A DNA stretch of 64,000 bases. It comes from a virus. Positions 62,031-64,000 of the stretch are shown in pieces. The DNA lies in the IMG/VR virus record IMGVR_UViG_3300032893_000032, positions 7,715 to 71,714 of that record, one strand, 5' to 3'. Below the pieces are notes generated by a model. That model worked only from the letters and a program-made list of their open reading frames with translations, was not told the DNA's origin and ran no database searches. The translations under genes and the position numbers were made by a program. Within the stretch, counting starts at the first letter, position 1; the number at the start of each line of letters is the position of its first letter.

Positions 62031-64000
62031 TGGTGCGGGCACACCAGCACCTGCCCCTGCGCCGCCGTACGCTGGGCGGTGGCTATGGGAATAGACTGGA
62101 AGCTGGCGTTGACGCTGCCCTGCGGCGTAGCGGCGTAGCAGGAGTTGGCGTCAAACGGCAGTAGACTCCCGCTGCCGTCCGGTGGTCCGCCCATAACGTT
62201 CAAATAACAGTCCAGAGCCGGGATGGAAGTTACGTGCGAAGCCCAAGCCGTAGCCAGCGTCCCGCCCGTGCACTGGCTGGCGTTGGTGGCCAGCGCCCCA
62301 TCGTAGGTACCGCCGGAGCAGGTTCCAACATTGCCCGAACTTACATCCGGACCAATTGGCGGCCACGCCTTTCCAGCGGGCCACCAGGAGGGAGCAGAGT
62401 TATAGAAAAGGGATGCGGGAAGAGTGTGCGCAAGAGTGTTGAAGTAAGAGGAAGAGAAATTGGCGTTGATGTGGGCTACCGCACCGGGAGAAGCCTCAGT
62501 CGAATCCCAGCGAACCGCAGCGTTCACTGTGTCGTAGTTCCCCCAGCGCATCGCAGTTGAGCGCGAGAGCGGATCGCACACCGGAGGGCTAGTGCATGTC
62601 AAGTCTGTAGTTTCGCCGACGCCGGTGCCGCCAAAATTGAATATGCTTTTTGATGCCAGAGTCGTATTAACCCCGCCGCTGGACGAGGTAGCATACGCCT
62701 CGTAGTTGCTGTGATAGCCAGCCTGCCCCATCACATTGCCAGCAAAGTTGAAGGCGCGAACGTAGGCACGCTGGTTGAATGGGACGGTAGAATACAGCTT
62801 CCCGGTCTGCCATCCAGGAGTATGGTTGCGGAACATTGTTCCTTGGTAGCTTGATCCGAACTCTTCATCCGCCCAGATGGTCTGGAACATATTCCCTTCA
62901 AAAATATTGAACTCGTTGCCTGCGTTGTGCGAGTAGTCTGTGAACTGCAGATAATTGCCGGAGAAAATGTTGTCTAGGCTCAGGTTGTAGTCAAATACGC
63001 AGCCGGAACAGTTGCCCTCCATGATCGGATTCGTAACCTGCTGGAAAATGTTGTTCTCGGCATCGATCCCGCTGGCCGACTCAAGTTCTATTGCGTAGCT
63101 CTGCTCCGCGTGCGATTGCGACTGGTAGATGTAGCTGTCGCGGATAACGTCGAAGGCTCCGTAGAAAATGAAGTAGTGCGCCCGTGTGGAATCGATGGAG
63201 CGGACATTCTTGACCCAGCAGTGGTAGCACCCGGCCTTCTCTACGGCGGATACCACGGTGCCGTTGTCAAGGTTCGTGGCGTCGATGGTCATGTTCTCCA
63301 GGCCGTCGTTCTGAACCTGTCCGCCCGGCCACCAAGCACCAGGCGCGTTGCCCGACGCTATATTCGTGAAATAAACCGGGGGATAAATGCCGACCGTGTA
63401 TGGGCCAGATCCGCTGCCAGAGATTGATTGAATGACGGTAAGCTGCTTCTGCGAGTACGTAGGGCCGCTGCCGGGGTTGAACTGCCTGCCGTCCGAGTTG
63501 GCGGGAGATCCGTCGTTCCCGCTGCAGTGGGGGCTGCCGCCGGACTGTGCGGGAGTGAAGCTGTCACAGAGGAACTCTCCGCCGTTGTCGGTGAGATCAT
63601 TGGCTTGGTCGAGGATGATGAACTGGCCGACAGAAGGTGGAGTGCCGCCACAAGTATTAAGAGTGACGGTCGCCGTACCCTGCGCATATCCTGCGGTCCA
63701 TGCACACTGACGGTTGCCGGATGGAGGATTGGTCGCGGTTCCCCACGAGGAGAACGTAGACTTCATCATGCAGATTCCGGTGGGGAGCCCGGTGCAACCG
63801 TCGCTGCCCTCGATAATCAAGGTTGTAGCGTTCGGGCCAGAGCCACGCAGCACTTCATTCCCTTGATCGGCAAAGTGAAAGCCGTTCACGTAATAAGTGC
63901 CCGATGGAAGGTTGACGACATTGTGTGTGTCGTCGCAGGTAGCAAGAGCATTCTGAATGGCCGTGTGATTGGCTGCCGCATTTCCCGCGCCGGTCAACAA
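62027..64000 (-). CDS. Large right-handed beta-helix (pectin-lyase-like) protein, 5' end outside the window
   Basis: TAIQNAL..C....V.LP.GTY, LRG.G...T.L, CWVKNV and ENNIF repeats; many Cys residues. Confidence 0.75.
   Translation of the reverse strand: MLTGAGNAAANHTAIQNALATCDDTHNVVNLPSGTYYVNGFHFADQGNEVLRGSGPNATTLIIEGSDGCTGLPTGICMMKSTFSSWGTATNPPSGNRQCAWTAGYAQGTATVTLNTCGGTPPSVGQFIILDQANDLTDNGGEFLCDSFTPAQSGGSPHCSGNDGSPANSDGRQFNPGSGPTYSQKQLTVIQSISGSGSGPYTVGIYPPVYFTNIASGNAPGAWWPGGQVQNDGLENMTIDATNLDNGTVVSAVEKAGCYHCWVKNVRSIDSTRAHYFIFYGAFDVIRDSYIYQSQSHAEQSYAIELESASGIDAENNIFQQVTNPIMEGNCSGCVFDYNLSLDNIFSGNYLQFTDYSHNAGNEFNIFEGNMFQTIWADEEFGSSYQGTMFRNHTPGWQTGKLYSTVPFNQRAYVRAFNFAGNVMGQAGYHSNYEAYATSSSGGVNTTLASKSIFNFGGTGVGETTDLTCTSPPVCDPLSRSTAMRWGNYDTVNAAVRWDSTEASPGAVAHINANFSSSYFNTLAHTLPASLFYNSAPSWWPAGKAWPPIGPDVSSGNVGTCSGGTYDGALATNASQCTGGTLATAWASHVTSIPALDCYLNVMGGPPDGSGSLLPFDANSCYAATPQGSVNASFQSIPIATAQRTAAQGQVLVCPHQ

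Noticed and set aside
1-64000. tRNA, integrase/att site, reverse transcriptase/DGR, phage RNA polymerase
   Set aside because: No diagnostic motifs recognised by eye; tRNAscan and HMM searches would be needed to exclude them fully.

Overview
Most of the genome of a GC-rich, contractile-tailed (myovirus-type) dsDNA phage, in two convergent/divergent blocks. The minus strand carries head genes (1-11.2 kb: DUF2184 capsid, decoration protein, DUF2213, DUF1073 portal, intein-containing TerL, TerS) and lysis/tail/baseplate/neck genes (37.4-64 kb). The plus strand (11.5-37.4 kb) carries replication, recombination and nucleotide genes. These include a 2-aminoadenine (Z-genome)-type kit: PurZ with mixed PurZ/PurZ0 signatures, a MazZ-like and a DatZ-like enzyme, and a second all-alpha NTP hydrolase. 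They also include a UDG-fused family A polymerase whose minor-groove-sensing residues are replaced, a Dam-like methylase, ThyX, NADAR and an ERCC4 nuclease. Other unusual features: four consecutive tail-fibre-region genes start with Sec-type signal peptides; a DinG intein carries a Vsr/DUF559-like endonuclease gene in the +1 frame with its own RBS; a 24-bp inverted repeat brackets a gene inserted in the baseplate operon; and there is a phage-borne PEP-CTERM protein. The host is probably a diderm such as Acidobacteriota (inference only). I recognised no integrase, primase, tRNA or CRISPR array. All calls are from motif recognition by eye; no database search was run.
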